Positions 24,726-37,956 of a stretch of DNA of 64,000 nucleotides are shown here, in pieces. A program made the translations under genes and the position numbers. The stretch lies in contig JBLDXI010000066.1 of assembly GCA_047495785.1 (NCBI GenBank), positions 558,001 to 622,000 on the forward strand, in the 5' to 3' direction. The number at the start of each line of letters is the position of its first letter. The stretch's first letter is position 1. This DNA is from Lepidodermella squamata (lineage: Eukaryota > Animalia > Gastrotricha). The notes under the pieces are model-generated. The model ran no database searches, was not told the DNA's origin, and saw nothing but the letters and a program-made list of their open reading frames with translations.

Positions 24726-24966
24726 AAATTACTGATACCGAATGCAAATAAATGCCCCTGCATCCTCTTGGACAATGACTCTGATTCGACTATAGGCAAC
24801 GAGCGATAGAATTGAGAATGGCAAAACATGTTTATGGAAATCAATGGTTAATGAAAACAATTTTGCTGAAATTTGAATTTCCCAAAATATTCTAACGGAA
24901 ATTCAACACTTATCACAAAATGCGTTGTTTTGTTTTGAAGTTGTTCATTTTGCTTCAACTTTGTCT

Positions 24967-27462
24967 TTAAAGGTTGCCCTCATAAACTTCCTCGACCATC
25001 AAATAGGACGCCCCGCCAAGAGTGACTGCATACATTTTGTTGAAAACCCCCCAGCCTGCAACGTTCTTCCCATGAGCCAGTCCAATTGTTACAGGCCCAG
25101 CCGCAATCGGAACTCTGCAGATACCTTCGACTAAAGAAACATTTCATCGTAATTGAGGATTTTGAGTATATTTTACTTACTGGCCCGAGGTATCGCTCGG
25201 CAGAGTCCGTAAGCCATATTATCGAAGTGCCACCAGCCTTCAATTGTCGTTGGATCAGTGCAGTCGGCCCCGTTTATTGTAACGTAGAACCTTGTACTTT
25301 CTTGGCCAGCGAGTCCAGTTGTACAAAGCTCCTGCATTCCGTACCACTTGATATGAAGGATCGACTTGTCTTGAAGTTTGTTGTACGTTCGAGTCTGTAG
25401 TATAAGAAAAGATTAACCGAGTATTTTCGAGGGCTGCGCGGTAAGCCATACCGTAATAGAGTTCAAACAGGCTGATCCTGCAACAGCCCGGCATCCTTCC
25501 GTTATTGGGAAATACCGTCTGTTGTAGTAAGGCAGTTGGACAACATTGCCATCGTTCATCAATACTTTATTCAGAATTCAAATAAGAAAGAATCGTCATC
25601 GGAAATGAACTTACAAACGTTGATCGGCAAGTTTTCGTTGATTTCTTCGACAATCATTCCTGCAGGTTTCGAACGTCCAATGTCTATTCCATCGGCTTGT
25701 CCGCCATCAGGGTAGTAGGCACAATTGTGGTCCCACCATACAACTATATCGTATTTTCCAGCAGGCAGTCCACGGCACACCCCATCGACTATTAGGATTT
25801 ACAAAATATTTAACGTGGGTATTTTCAGCCCGAATTTATCTGATCAAAGGGTTTTTTGAGGTCTTTCTTGGCGGTTCAATTGTTCGGCGTATACTCTGTT
25901 AGGAAAAAGTGTGACATACGTTCAATGGTGATGCCGTAAGGCCCAACTCGATTTTGGTTCATATTGATAGAATTCTCCCGGATAGATGCCTCAATCGAGT
26001 AAGGGCTAGTGCACAATTGATCGTTGATCGTCACAAATAAGCGCGTGCATCGATTGGCGCTGTTATAGGAAATAGTTCCCTGCCAGTAAACTCGCAGCAA
26101 TGAAGTGTCAGATCGCTTTTTGTACTTCCAGATCGCCCAGTCTGTTCTGCCGCTTGGGTTCAGCCCATTGTATGACAGCTTACTGTTCCATTGGTCTGTC
26201 ACTGTGTTGAAAACCTGTGGGAAGCTAAAATTATCGGGAAAACCAGATCTTAGGCTATTTTTACCGTTGCACTCTGACACCTAGCTGTATCGTCTGAAAT
26301 TATGGAAAGGCATTTTGAATATTTTAAAATAAATGCAAATAAATGCAAACCTAGCTTGAATAAGTACTTCGCGGGAACGAACTCCTCGACCCAAATCATA
26401 TTGGGAGGCAACTTTCCATTGAGATTGCCACCTATGTCAGCCCCAGCACCTTGCGGTATCCCCCAATTGCGATAGTCGTAATATCCCTTCACATCGTATA
26501 TACCCGCAGGAATTTCATTTAGCGTGCAAGGGAATTCGGCGTGGTGAGAATGCCCATGGTAATCATTAGCACAGCCGTCCATAAATTCGTTCTGTATGGC
26601 CCAGAAAATATTTTCATCGCCAGCGCAATTGATCCCATTAACAGTCGCAAACACATAGCCGTCTCTATAAATGATACTTGAACCGGCGTTGAAGTGAATC
26701 CAATAAGCGATGAATATGTGCACTCGGATGTGCGTGAAATCATGCTTCTTTGTAATCGAAGTTGTCTGGATAAGGGAAAAGCGGATAGATTATTCAAGAT
26801 TTTGATGCATGCCCTTACCCATAGTGGATAAGGCGAGGATAGTGAACTGCGAATACTGTAGACTTGCAAATTCTGGTTGACTGTAACCCGGCGCGGGAAG
26901 TCAAAACACGACGACATCTCACCTAAATACAAAATAAGATGAAAGGAAATAATAGAAACATCAAATGAGAACCTGCACAGTAAGGTGGCGTATTCGGGCA
27001 ATCTTGAACACAAACTGGCGAAATCGCAGTGGCTGAGGGAGTTGTAATAGCAGGGCAGAAAGTGTCACAGCCATCAATTCCAGCTACGCGATCCGAAACA
27101 CCTTCGCCAATGCTTTGGGGAGCAATCAGAATTCCAGATGTCAGACTTCCCTCGGAGCGATCGAACCCGATTGCTGTGTCTTTATCCGCTCGCAACAGCC
27201 AGCACTCCTGCCGATAAGGAACGTAGAAGGCAGATCGGCAGGGAGGGTTGTAACTAGCAAGGCATTTGGTTTGGCATTGTTCCTGGCTCGAAACAGTGCG
27301 GTTGAACGGCTGAATCACGTACAGGTTGAACGCAAGATCGCTGAGGTCAACATTCAAAGCTATTTCTTGTGGCTGGAAGTAGCTAGAACATTTTCCCCGC
27401 ATCATCATTTCAGCATTCATCGGGCATAGCAGCCCTGCAAATATAAGTAGCAAAGGCACCAT
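24967..27462 (-). CDS. Secreted PAN/apple + three CTHRC1-C-terminal-like domains, family B copy 1 (multi-exon)
   Basis: Signal peptide MVPLLLIFAG; PAN pattern SQEQCQTKCLASYNPPCRSAFY...QECWL; three repeats of Kx3-4[ST]xLx[VI]xW...TING/DxxCxxPxxIE...[ED]GxCxxxxAG...[IM][VW]EE; ends EEVYEGNL. Confidence 0.8.
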
Positions 27463-28351
27463 CTTTCCAGTCATTTGAACTTGGATCAAAATGACGGCTT
27501 CTTAACTGCAGCTTACATTTTCCAGTGACGATCAACAATTTATGATGTGAGAGCCATGGTGATATCCAAATAAACTAGCAAAAACAGTAATCCTCCACGC
27601 GCCCTTTGTTATTCAGGAATATTAGGGTGTATCGTGCGCGGCCGGGAAAAAAGTCAACACGATATAAGAGAATTTAAGTGCATTCGTATGTTTCCTTAAA
27701 AAAAAACATGCGATATTGCCTTACGTGAGGGGTTTTAATAATTTAATGAAAATATAAATATTGTTATTTATTAATGTCGCTGAGAAACCGGGTAAACCTA
27801 ATTTTTTTGACAGCTTCAACCAGCATTATTAACTCTTCTGAAACCTATTAGATTATGTTGGATTACCCTATAAATTGACAGGCTTCTGTTTTTTATGGCG
27901 TCAACTTTAAATTCCCAATTAATTTGGAATATTTGTTTTCTCATTTAATTTCGCCAACTCATCGGCAAACTCCTCGGATATATACCAATGCGAGTCTTTA
28001 GCCAGCAGGTTTCTAGTCCTTGATGGAGCCTGATTTTTTGCGAGGCAAATCTCAAAATCCGAAAGCCAATTCGAAGGAGTCTGTAGTAAATTACCAACTG
28101 GAAAATAAGATTTTCGCCCTAAAACATGATCGCGCCAACTATGCTTTGGGTTTTAAGATCGATAGATCGATCGAAGCTCCCCATGTGGATCATGCTAATA
28201 TGTGGCAGACATCAATTCTGCCTTTCTCATCTTTGCTTTTTGCTAGCGACATCAGATAATGAACTCAATTGAAAAAGGTTTGCGGCAATTCATAACATCA
28301 TAAAATTACGCATAATAATTATTGATAAATTTTATTGCTCATTCCAATGAA

Positions 28352-29533
28352 CTATTTTCTAGCGCAGCAGACAATGCCAGGAAACAAGTGCACACTGAAA
28401 TCAATGACCCAAAATAGTCCATTTGCCGCAGCTAAAAATGCTATAACACGAAAACCAACAGCATACGATGAGAAGATGAATATTCCGAATATCATCGTAA
28501 CAGCAAAACCAATGGTTTCAAATAAGTATAGGGCAAAAGTTAGTTTCACAGAAAATAAGCTGTTATAGCGGCCTTTGGCCGGTAGAATGGCACAAATGGC
28601 TGAAATGTGCCAAATGAAAAAAGGTACAAAAAGCAGCAGGACGTTATAGACATAGCTTTTAGGTTGCCAACCACCAGGTTTCAAGTAGAATTCATAAAAA
28701 CACAGGGAAGTAGCCAAGATAATCACAGTGATAGAAAACAGTAAGTTCAGAACTTTCGTAACAGCGGCTGAGAATGGCTTACGGAGGCAAGACACGTTGT
28801 AGACACTATTGTCTAAGGTATGTTCCTGCGATGCTGGGAAAACATCCATAGGACCAACTCTTCGATAATTAATGATTTGGGAGACATGGCATAAAAAGCA
28901 TAAACCCCCGAGTACTGCAGCATGTAGGAAGGCAAAATCTACGGAGACAGGAGGTTGGTAAAAATGGAATCTCCGATTTTTAGGCCACGGATGCTCTGTA
29001 AGAGTCAAATTAACGCAAATCATGATGAGGCAAACTGTAGAGATCGCAAGTAACAACGAATTCAATACATAAATTGAAAAAATCACGAAATATTCAGCCA
29101 TATTATTATAAGAATCTTTCGTTGCCAGGCTAAACACTACGATTAAATGGAAAATTCCGGCAATTATTGGGAAGAGAACTGGTAAGATTGGCCGATCGCA
29201 GTCCTCAAGGCATGCTGTGAAATTTCGACTTTTTTGAAGAAAGGCGAACGGATTCTTGCCGATCGAAAGCGATAGCGATGAAGTTTTATCCCCGGCTGAA
29301 TGCCAATCCCGGCAGTCGTTAATGCAAGTCGATGCGCCGTAGAATTCGAAAGCGGCAAAGTAGAGCCAGAATAAATAGGCAAGGCTCAGTATGCAGTTTG
29401 TGACTTTAAATGCGACTGCTACTTGTCTGCTTCGATACATTGCCGGGCCATTGTAATCCGTTTTATTCGATAAATCGTATGCCATCAGTTCCTGATGCTC
29501 GGGGTAAGTTCTCGACGAACCGTAAGATGCCAT
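28352..29533 (-). CDS. 8-TM membrane protein family A, paralog 5 (393 aa)
   Basis: PAMYRS...FKVTNCIL, CINDC...CLEDC, WVIDFSVHLFP. Confidence 0.88.
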   Translation of the reverse strand: MASYGSSRTYPEHQELMAYDLSNKTDYNGPAMYRSRQVAVAFKVTNCILSLAYLFWLYFAAFEFYGASTCINDCRDWHSAGDKTSSLSLSIGKNPFAFLQKSRNFTACLEDCDRPILPVLFPIIAGIFHLIVVFSLATKDSYNNMAEYFVIFSIYVLNSLLLAISTVCLIMICVNLTLTEHPWPKNRRFHFYQPPVSVDFAFLHAAVLGGLCFLCHVSQIINYRRVGPMDVFPASQEHTLDNSVYNVSCLRKPFSAAVTKVLNLLFSITVIILATSLCFYEFYLKPGGWQPKSYVYNVLLLFVPFFIWHISAICAILPAKGRYNSLFSVKLTFALYLFETIGFAVTMIFGIFIFSSYAVGFRVIAFLAAANGLFWVIDFSVHLFPGIVCCARK

Positions 29534-30415
29534 ATGTTAAATTTTCCAAATTTTGCTGAAGGAAAATATATCTAAGATAATTTTTCAAAAGATCAGTTCC
29601 TTTTTAGTTAAAGCTCTTAAAAAATTCCAACAATTCATTGATAGTAAAATTGAAGACCTTACGAAATCTTGTTCTTTTTTACCATCTATCGTGTCGCATA
29701 TTTCATCTTTGAATTGAATATGCAAATTTTGGTAAATATACATGGTTTTGTCACATAAAAATATATTTTAGCGCATTGCCAAAAAATAATTGAATAATTA
29801 ATTTCATTAGATTAAATTGTTGCAAAATGCAGTCATTAATAAGCGATATTTCCTGGAATTCGCCGTCAAGAATTTGGCTAGCTGGCAATAAACGAGGCAT
29901 CATATCAATTTATTGTGAAAAGCCACAAATTAAAGACTGAATAATAAGTGACTCATTGGCTATGCAAACAAGGATATTTGCTTGGCAGTGCCAAATGGGC
30001 CATTACTATGTGCAATATTTGATGACAGACTTTAGCGCGTAAAATTGATGAAACAATTATGCTGTTTAGAAAAAAACGAGGGGGAAATTGCGCTTCTGTA
30101 AGTGGGCGAATAAAACCGGCTCAATCGCTACCGCGTGTATGCTTGATCATGACTCAATCTGTGGCTCTTGAAGACGTTACCCCTTTATTGCGTGCCGTTT
30201 ATATTGCGTTGCCGCAGCAACAGTTTTATTACGCTGTCTACGTTTCGATAACACGTGGCAAAACAATCGATAAAAAAGCTGTTAAAATGTGAGCATGCAA
30301 TTTTTCGATCCTGACTTGAAGAGGATGGGTTGGGTCATCACAAACGATAAATGATTAATCAAAACAATAATAGATTTGTCATAGCAACCATTGCTGAAGC
30401 TGAGAAGCTTCTTGA

Positions 30416-32581
30416 TTAAATAACAATCTCGTGTGCTGCCCCTCGTCCGAAAAGCAGCATAGCACTCGTTCCGCCTCCTCCAGACTCCGCATGATGGTAA
30501 GGAGCCTCACCAACAGTTCTACGACCTGAAACTGCATAACTCCTCGCCCGGCCCCTTCGCTGCGGAGTTGGCGAGAAGAATCCTACAACATTCTGCCAAA
30601 ATCCTGACTGTTCAGCCCGATTAGCGGCCAAAGACCTAATTCTTCCAGAAAATTGTCGGTTCTCATCGCCGTGGTTGTAGGAGATTCTGAAATTTCTCAA
30701 CGCACTAGCCACTGAGTAATTCGGCATTTCAAACTGCCGAGGCATTGAAAATGAAACGTTATTCCTAGGCCGGTGGTAGCTTGGCCGAGGGGATGGGGCC
30801 AGTGATGAAAGAGCGCTCGCAACCTCGCTTAGAAGACCTTGCCGATGCGAGACAGTTTCTTCGCCGTGATCTGCCGGGTGCACTGAAGCGTGACGCTCTT
30901 TATAGCACCGTTCAGCATACTCGTCAATCAGCCGTTCGATTTCAGCAGGCGATTGGGCGGTTTTCGACCGCCACTGGAAGGCGGTGAGAAGGTTTTTGAT
31001 GTGGTACCGGCCGAGTTCGTTCGCGAGTTTGGGATCAGAAGTTGGGTCGAGTGGGGGTGAATGTTGAGCAACTCGAGTTTCGCCACTGACCCAATGTGGC
31101 ATAGCTAGTTCAAACTGAGATACAGCGTTTCTCGAAAGTTGAGATGGTGTTTCGTTAACTGTTGCCTTTTGAAGGCCAAGTTCGCGCTGACAATTTGACG
31201 AAATTCAAATCGAGGTAGAATTAAAGAATGGAAACTTACTGCTTCGCCTGGCATCCATAGTGAGAGGCGCCTTCTGAAGAAATCGAGCCGTTTAGGGTTG
31301 TAGGCTTTGTCATTATATGACATCCAATAGTGATAGCGCATCGAGGCTGTTGGGGAGTCGCTCTGAAAAAGTAGACAAAAGATGAAAGATGAATGCTGAA
31401 TAGTGGTTCTCTCAAGTAAAAAATAATTAAAAATCCAGCTTAATTTAGTGAAGAAGAGAAAAATTACCCCAGCAGCCATAAGAGGTGATTGGCGGAACGT
31501 GTAGACATAGTCTTTGAGCAATCCTTTGCCTTCACCAGGCGAGGTGAACCACAACGCACGATTCGAGAACAGAATGTTGCGAATGCGCCGCTTCTCCGCA
31601 AAATTCAAATGTACATAAAGCGATATTGATAGCATGATGAAGGTCAGCATGATGATAACTGCACCCGTTATTGGTATCGCCATGCTGTTGGACACCATTT
31701 TGATGTAATAGCTCTGGAAAAAGGTGGCCAGTTTTGCTCGCTCGCACTGATCAGTTGGTAATGTGCAGTTGTTGTTGGTTTTAGCCAATATCGTGCCAAT
31801 TGATTCCAGGATGGCTTGCTCGCCTACAAACAACAATATTTGTACAAAAAATCAGAGAATAAACAAAAAACGGGAAAATTTTCCCCAGTACAAGAAAATA
31901 GAGATATTATAGTGAAGAAAAATAGAGATTGGGTATTTAATTTTTCCTGATCATAAAATTGGTTTCAATCATAGTAAAAACGATAATACGTCAGAATTTG
32001 TTCAATTTTTAAAAAATATTTTTTTGAAAAAATTGAAACCAAGTTAATGTTGAAAAGGAGAAAGAATAAAGATATTGTTGATAAATCGAAAAAATCACTT
32101 CGAAAATCATGATTTAAGACTTTGTTAAAATCTTACCTGAATGATCATGATTCATTTGATCGGCGGTTTTGTCCTTGTGCTCTGCAAAAGTAGCGCTTAG
32201 AATCGATAGAAGTCCTCCCACTGGCTTTGTCGTAGGCCTTAGCGTCGCTCTAGTTTGGGTCGAGGCCGAGCTAGCCTGCGTTGACGGCGTTGCCAGGGTT
32301 CGAAATCGCATTTTATTCGGCGGCGGCCCGGGTGTGATGAACATGAAATTTTCAACAGGCGAATTAGCCGGCATTTTGCTGGTCGTGATCGGCCGGCGTG
32401 TTGCTGGCGATCTCGCATACAGTATCACAAGGTTGTTGGTACCTGTTGAAACCGCAAAAGAGCGAGGCATTATTGTTGACACGCGCGGTTAGGAATTGGC
32501 ATAACAATAAGGTAAAAAATAATAATAGCCACAGTATAACGCCTTACCATTAGCCAATAATTGCGCGGTGTCAGACATCAT
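30416..32581 (-). CDS. Putative multi-exon single-pass membrane protein with S/T/P-rich N-terminal part; function unknown
   Basis: ORFs 32114-32482, 31105-31836 and 30416-31102 contain GTAAG donors and TTTCAG/TAG acceptors; one TM segment AIPITGAVIIMLTFIMLSISLYV; not all exon borders resolved. Confidence 0.5.
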
Positions 32582-33786
32582 GAATTCGCTCTGCGATGAT
32601 GATGAGTGAATTATCGTAGCATAGGCGCAGGTCTGGCGAAAAATACGGCGCCGATTAAATGCTGCTGCCGATGTTACAACTGCGCACTTGATTTATTGCG
32701 CGCACGCTTTTTTGCCTTGCTTTTATCGCACGCGCGCGCTTGCGTTTATTGCGAAAACACAGCCGTGCGCGGGTTAACAAGGCGCAGCAAGTGCGTGAAT
32801 GCGCTATTTACCTATGCGCGATTGTTTACAGGCGGGCTTTTATCGTCTAATCATTGCCTGGTAAAGTACCCGGTGAAATTGCTAGTTGTAACCGTGCATG
32901 AATGATTGTGATATATTCCCATTCACAAATAAACAAAACAACGATACTATCTCAGCGATGCTCGAATACCAGCTAGTTTTTTCACTCTTTGAACTATGGA
33001 TGTATCTGTTGAGTGTGGGATAGATAGCGATAAGATGCCGAAGTGCCTTAGGTTACAAAATACTCGGAAAAATGCACTACCGGTATCGAAATCAGAAGTC
33101 ACGAATTTTGAGCTCTAAAAAGTTACGTTGGTAAAAGAGCACAAGTAAAAATGAGCGAGTTATAAACGAGATTTTGATCTCATCCTAACTGCCATGAGAT
33201 TGTAATCGACGATTTAAATCTCAGAAGGATTTCGCTGCAGCTAGTATGACGTATCGCCGGTCGTTTTCAACACTTAATGTTCGCATATCTCCAATTTTCA
33301 AAGAAGATATAGTTTATAGATATAGCCGAATGCCAATGTTCAAGGTGACAAACGTCTTACGCATACCAGCGAGGTTGAAACAAGCCGACTTTCTGACCCA
33401 GCATGGGCATAGTCATCAGCATTATACGTTGGGAAAATCTTCTTTCGTATTTCAATTTCACTATTTTATCATTATTGCTCACAAATTGTTGAGATTGTTT
33501 ATTCTTCATATTTATTCTTTATATTCTAGGCCACAAGCGAAAACGGTTTTATTTGAAAAAGAGTCGGTCGCTTATTTTAGGTAAATAAAAACAGTCCAAG
33601 AAAGTTGAAGTTGAAGGCTAAGTTGGCAGCTGCCTATCTTTTAACCCAGAAATTAAGTATTTTATTAAGTCTGATATTATAATTATTGAACTATTAAAAT
33701 GCCAAAGGCGCTTCTAAATCGCCAAACAAAGTTACTCTTAGTTCGAGTCATCAAGCGTTAGCTGAATCATGTCTCAGCTTCAGAAA

Positions 33787-36372
33787 TTATATGTTCCCTT
33801 CATAAACCTCCTCAACCATCAAATAGGAAGCTCCACCAAGAGTTGCTGCGTACATTTTGTTAAAGTTCCCCCAGCTTGCCAGATTTTTCCCGAAGGACAG
33901 TGTAAGTGTGACGGATCCCGCCGCGATGGGAACCCTGCAGACTCCCTCGACTAAAAAAGAATAAAAATCCAAATTATCATTTACATTGAGTAAACTTATG
34001 CTTTACTAACCGACTCTTGGGATCGCCCTGCAGAGTCCATTTTGTGGGGTGTCATAGTGCCACCAAGATTCTATAGGCGTCGGATTGGTGCAATCGGCCC
34101 CATTTATCGTAACGTAAAACCGAACACTTTCAGCGCTTATATAACCATTGCTGCAAAATTCCTGCATTCCGTACCATTTTATATGAAGGACGGACTTGTC
34201 CTGTAGTTTGTTATAAGTTCGAGTCTAAACCAAGGGAAAAAAATACTAAAATTTTCAAGTATTTTTTACGAACAATACTGCAATTGTGCTCATACAGGCT
34301 GAACCGGCTGCAGCCCGGCATCCCTCTGTTATCGAGAAATACCGCCTGTTGTAGTACGGCAGTTGGACAACAGTGCCATCGTTCGTCAATACTGCACAAA
34401 TGATTCAGATAGAAGAAACGAACATAGCTGCGAGAATGGAACTTACAAACGTTGATCGGCAAATTTTCGTTGATTTCTTCGACAATCATTCCTGAAGGCT
34501 TTGAACGTCCAATATCCATTTGATCGCCAGAACCAACATCAGTGTAGAAGGCACAATTGTGGTCCCACCATACAGCTATATCGTATTTTCCAGCCGGCAG
34601 ACCACGGCAAACTCCATCAACTATCAAAATTGAGAAAATCCTCATAAATGTGACTTCACTGTGACAAGGACAACGCTTGAAGCTCATCTTTCACGCAACA
34701 CGCAACATTAAAAGCAATTCACGAATTTTGATTATGCTGTTTTATGCAAAGGCGAAAATAATCGCCAGTTGTTAAACTGACTTAAATGTGACTGAATCTT
34801 AAATGTGTCAGTTATTTCAAGTTATGCATGTAACATACGTTCAATTGTAATGGCGTACGGTCCAACGCGATTTACACCGCCAGCGTAGGTGAACTCACGG
34901 ATAACTGCCTCGATGGAGTAAGGATTGGTACATAATTGATCGTTAATCGTGACATATAACCGTGTGCAACGGTTGTAACTGTTGACGAAAACAGTGCCCT
35001 GCCAGTAAACTCGCAGCAATGACGAGTCCGATCGTTTCTTGTACTTCCAGATCGCCCAATCCGTTCTTCCGCCCGCAAGATTCCCATTGTATGTCAACTT
35101 GTTCCATTGCTCTGTCACTGTATTGAACACCTGGAAAGGCAATTTGGGAATCATTAGAAAGCAGCTCATTCTTACTGTTGCGCTTTGACACCTTGCAGTA
35201 TCGTCTACACAAATTGTAAAGTACATGGCACCTTATTTAACAGAAGTAAGTTTTATACCAAGCTTGAAAAGGTATTTTGCTGGGACAAATTCCTCGACCC
35301 AAATCATATTCGGGGCCAACCTTCCTCCTAAATTGCCACCGAAGTCAACTCCGGCACCTTGGCCCCACCCCCAGTTGCGATAATCGTAAAACGTTTTCAC
35401 GTCGTAGGTCCCGGAGGGAATTTCGTTCAGCGTGCAAGGAAATTCACCGTGGTGCGAAAAACCATGCCCATCGTTTGAACATCCGTCCGTAAACTCGTTT
35501 TGTAGAGCCCAGAAAATATTTTCATCGCCAGCGCAGTTGATTCCATTCACGGTGGCGAACACGTAGCCGTCTCTATTTGTTAATGGGCCGGCGTTAAAAT
35601 GAATCCAATAAGCGGTGAAAATGTGGATGCGAATGTGAGTGAAATCGTGCTTTTTCGTAAAAGACGTTGTCTAGCAAGGTTAAAGACGGAATTGTAACGT
35701 TTTTCTATTTTCTATTCTATTCACCCAAAGTGGAAACGGTGAGGAAAGTGAAGTGCGTCTTTGGTAAAGTTCCCCATTCTGATTTATTGTCACCCGGCGT
35801 GGGAAGTCGAAACACGAAGACATTTCTCCTTCAAAAAAGGAAAAGGCTGGAACTGATGAACGGATGTAAACTATTAAGCAACCTGCACAGTATGGCGGCG
35901 TATTCGGGCAATCCTGAACACAAACTGGCGAAATCGCAGTAGCCAAAGGGGCTGCAACAGCTGGGCAGAAGGTGTCACAGCTATCGATTCCAGCCACGCG
36001 ATCAGAGACACCTTCGCCAATGCTTTGGGGAGCGATCAGAATGCCAGATGTAAGACTGCCTTCGAGGCGATCGAACCCCACTGCCGTGTCTTTGTCTGCT
36101 CGCAACAGCCAGCACTCCTGCCGATAGGGTACGTAGAAAGCAGATCGACATGGAGGGTTGTAACTCGCAAGGCATTTGCTTTGACATTGTTCCTGGCTCG
36201 AAACAGTGCGGTTGAACGGCTGAATGACGTACAGGTTGAAAGCCAGATCGGAGAGGTCCACATTCAGAGCTATTTCCTGTGGTTGAAAGTAGCTTGAACA
36301 TTTTCCTCTCATTATCATCTCAGCATTCATCGGGCATAGCAGCCCGGCTAACAGAAGTAGCAATGGCACCAT
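33787..36372 (-). CDS. Family B (PAN + 3x CTHRC1-C-like) copy 2
   Basis: Same exon series as copy 1; MVPLLLLLAG start, EEVYEGNI end. Confidence 0.8.
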
Positions 36373-37249
36373 TTTGCTTGCACTTCTAGCTTTGATCGAA
36401 ATGACGGCTTCTAGAATGTTATTTCTGACTTTTTTTGTGCTATAAAAAATTCATGAAACGAAGGGACCATGGTGATGGTAAACATAAACGAACGAAAATA
36501 TCCACCGCGAATTGATCATCATAAAGAATAGCTAAAGTTATACTCAACCAGGTAATACGTCAACACGATATGAGAGAATTCAAATGTACTTCAGTTATTA
36601 TTCTATTCAAAATTTACAATAGCGCCTTGCGTAGTCAGGCTTAAAATTTGGATGGATATCAACCTATGGATTATTTATATCGCCCACGTCTTTCTAAGCT
36701 ATTTAAATGGCAGCCATAGCCTGCTTTAATTCCGAGTAATTCCATGACGCTTTGTATCTCCTCGGTGCTGGTTTCTCGTCCTATTATGAACGCTGTTAGA
36801 TTGATTACGGGACAGGCTGTTTTATCTTGACTTCATACTTCATTTCACCAAAGCAGGCTTTTTTCTTTGAATACATCTTCACTTTACCTTTTGGTCATTG
36901 AATGTGATACTGGGCATGGCGAGAAATGAACCTTTCGAATTTCAATGCATTGGAACGCATGGGAACGAATCACGTGATTCCACTATTTAGCTATCTGGCG
37001 GACCGGATAGTGCTAGATTAGGGTCTCGTTAAGCTGGATTGAGTTTTGATATATCCGTTAGCTGCGTCAGCATTATGCTTCAAGGCGCCAAAATGCTTTG
37101 TCGAAGATTAACCTTTTCACAGCCGAATTGTTTATCTCTGAAAGAAAACATGTTTGACGGCTTTTCTGGAAGTTTTCGATTTTCGAAGTACCCGATCACG
37201 ACTTTGAAACCCGCTTGTCTCAATCTGTCACCGGTAAGACTGTGCGAAA

Positions 37250-37780
37250 AGATCGGGAAATTTTCGTTGATCTCTTTGACTATCATTCCAAATATTTAGT
37301 TATGGCTCAATTTCACGGAGTTGGAAATTACCTATAGGCTATAGGATCGCACCATATTACAACATCCGCCAGCAACTGAACTCGAAAGTAGACATCAACT
37401 ATCCATAAACGAAACTGTATAGAAACCGACATTTAACGTCACGCCGGGGGGATCGACATGACGGTTTCAGTTGATGCTGTATTCGCACTCGCGTAAATGT
37501 TGCCTTAATCGAGTAATCTTAATTGGTACACTATCGATTGATAACGGTCGCATAGAAACATATCCAATCGGAACATGTTAGTGTCAAAGCGTTTTTTTGT
37601 GCAAAACAGGTTTAAAAAACATCAAGTGCGAGTTCGAGCGATCGAGTGATTTCGAGGTAGCCGACCCATTCTGTTTACCGCATGCAAGCCCCCGGCAAAT
37701 CTAGCTCGGAAAAAATGGACAGAAATCGTCTGGAAGAAAAGGCGGATCCTACAGGTGCTGTTTCGTCTGAAAAGAGGAAA
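37250..37780 (-). pseudogene. Degenerate family B fragment
   Basis: GMIVKEINENFPI at about 37250-37290 and decayed remnants of neighbouring exons, no continuous frame. Confidence 0.5.
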
Positions 37781-37956
37781 AATAAATCTTCCGGCACTGA
37801 CCCGAATCAGTAAACTAATTCTGTAGACTAATGTTTTGTCTTCCAGACTTTTTATGATTAATTATGCTTCACTCGGTTTATTAATCAAGATATATAGTTC
37901 AGACATCACTGTTGGTAAGCTAATTGGGGTGCGGTCTTTTGGCTGTGTTAGCAACT

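Noticed and set aside
1394-29533. Family A as GPCRs
   Set aside because: Eight hydrophobic segments with 4+4 symmetry and no DRY or NPxxY motifs
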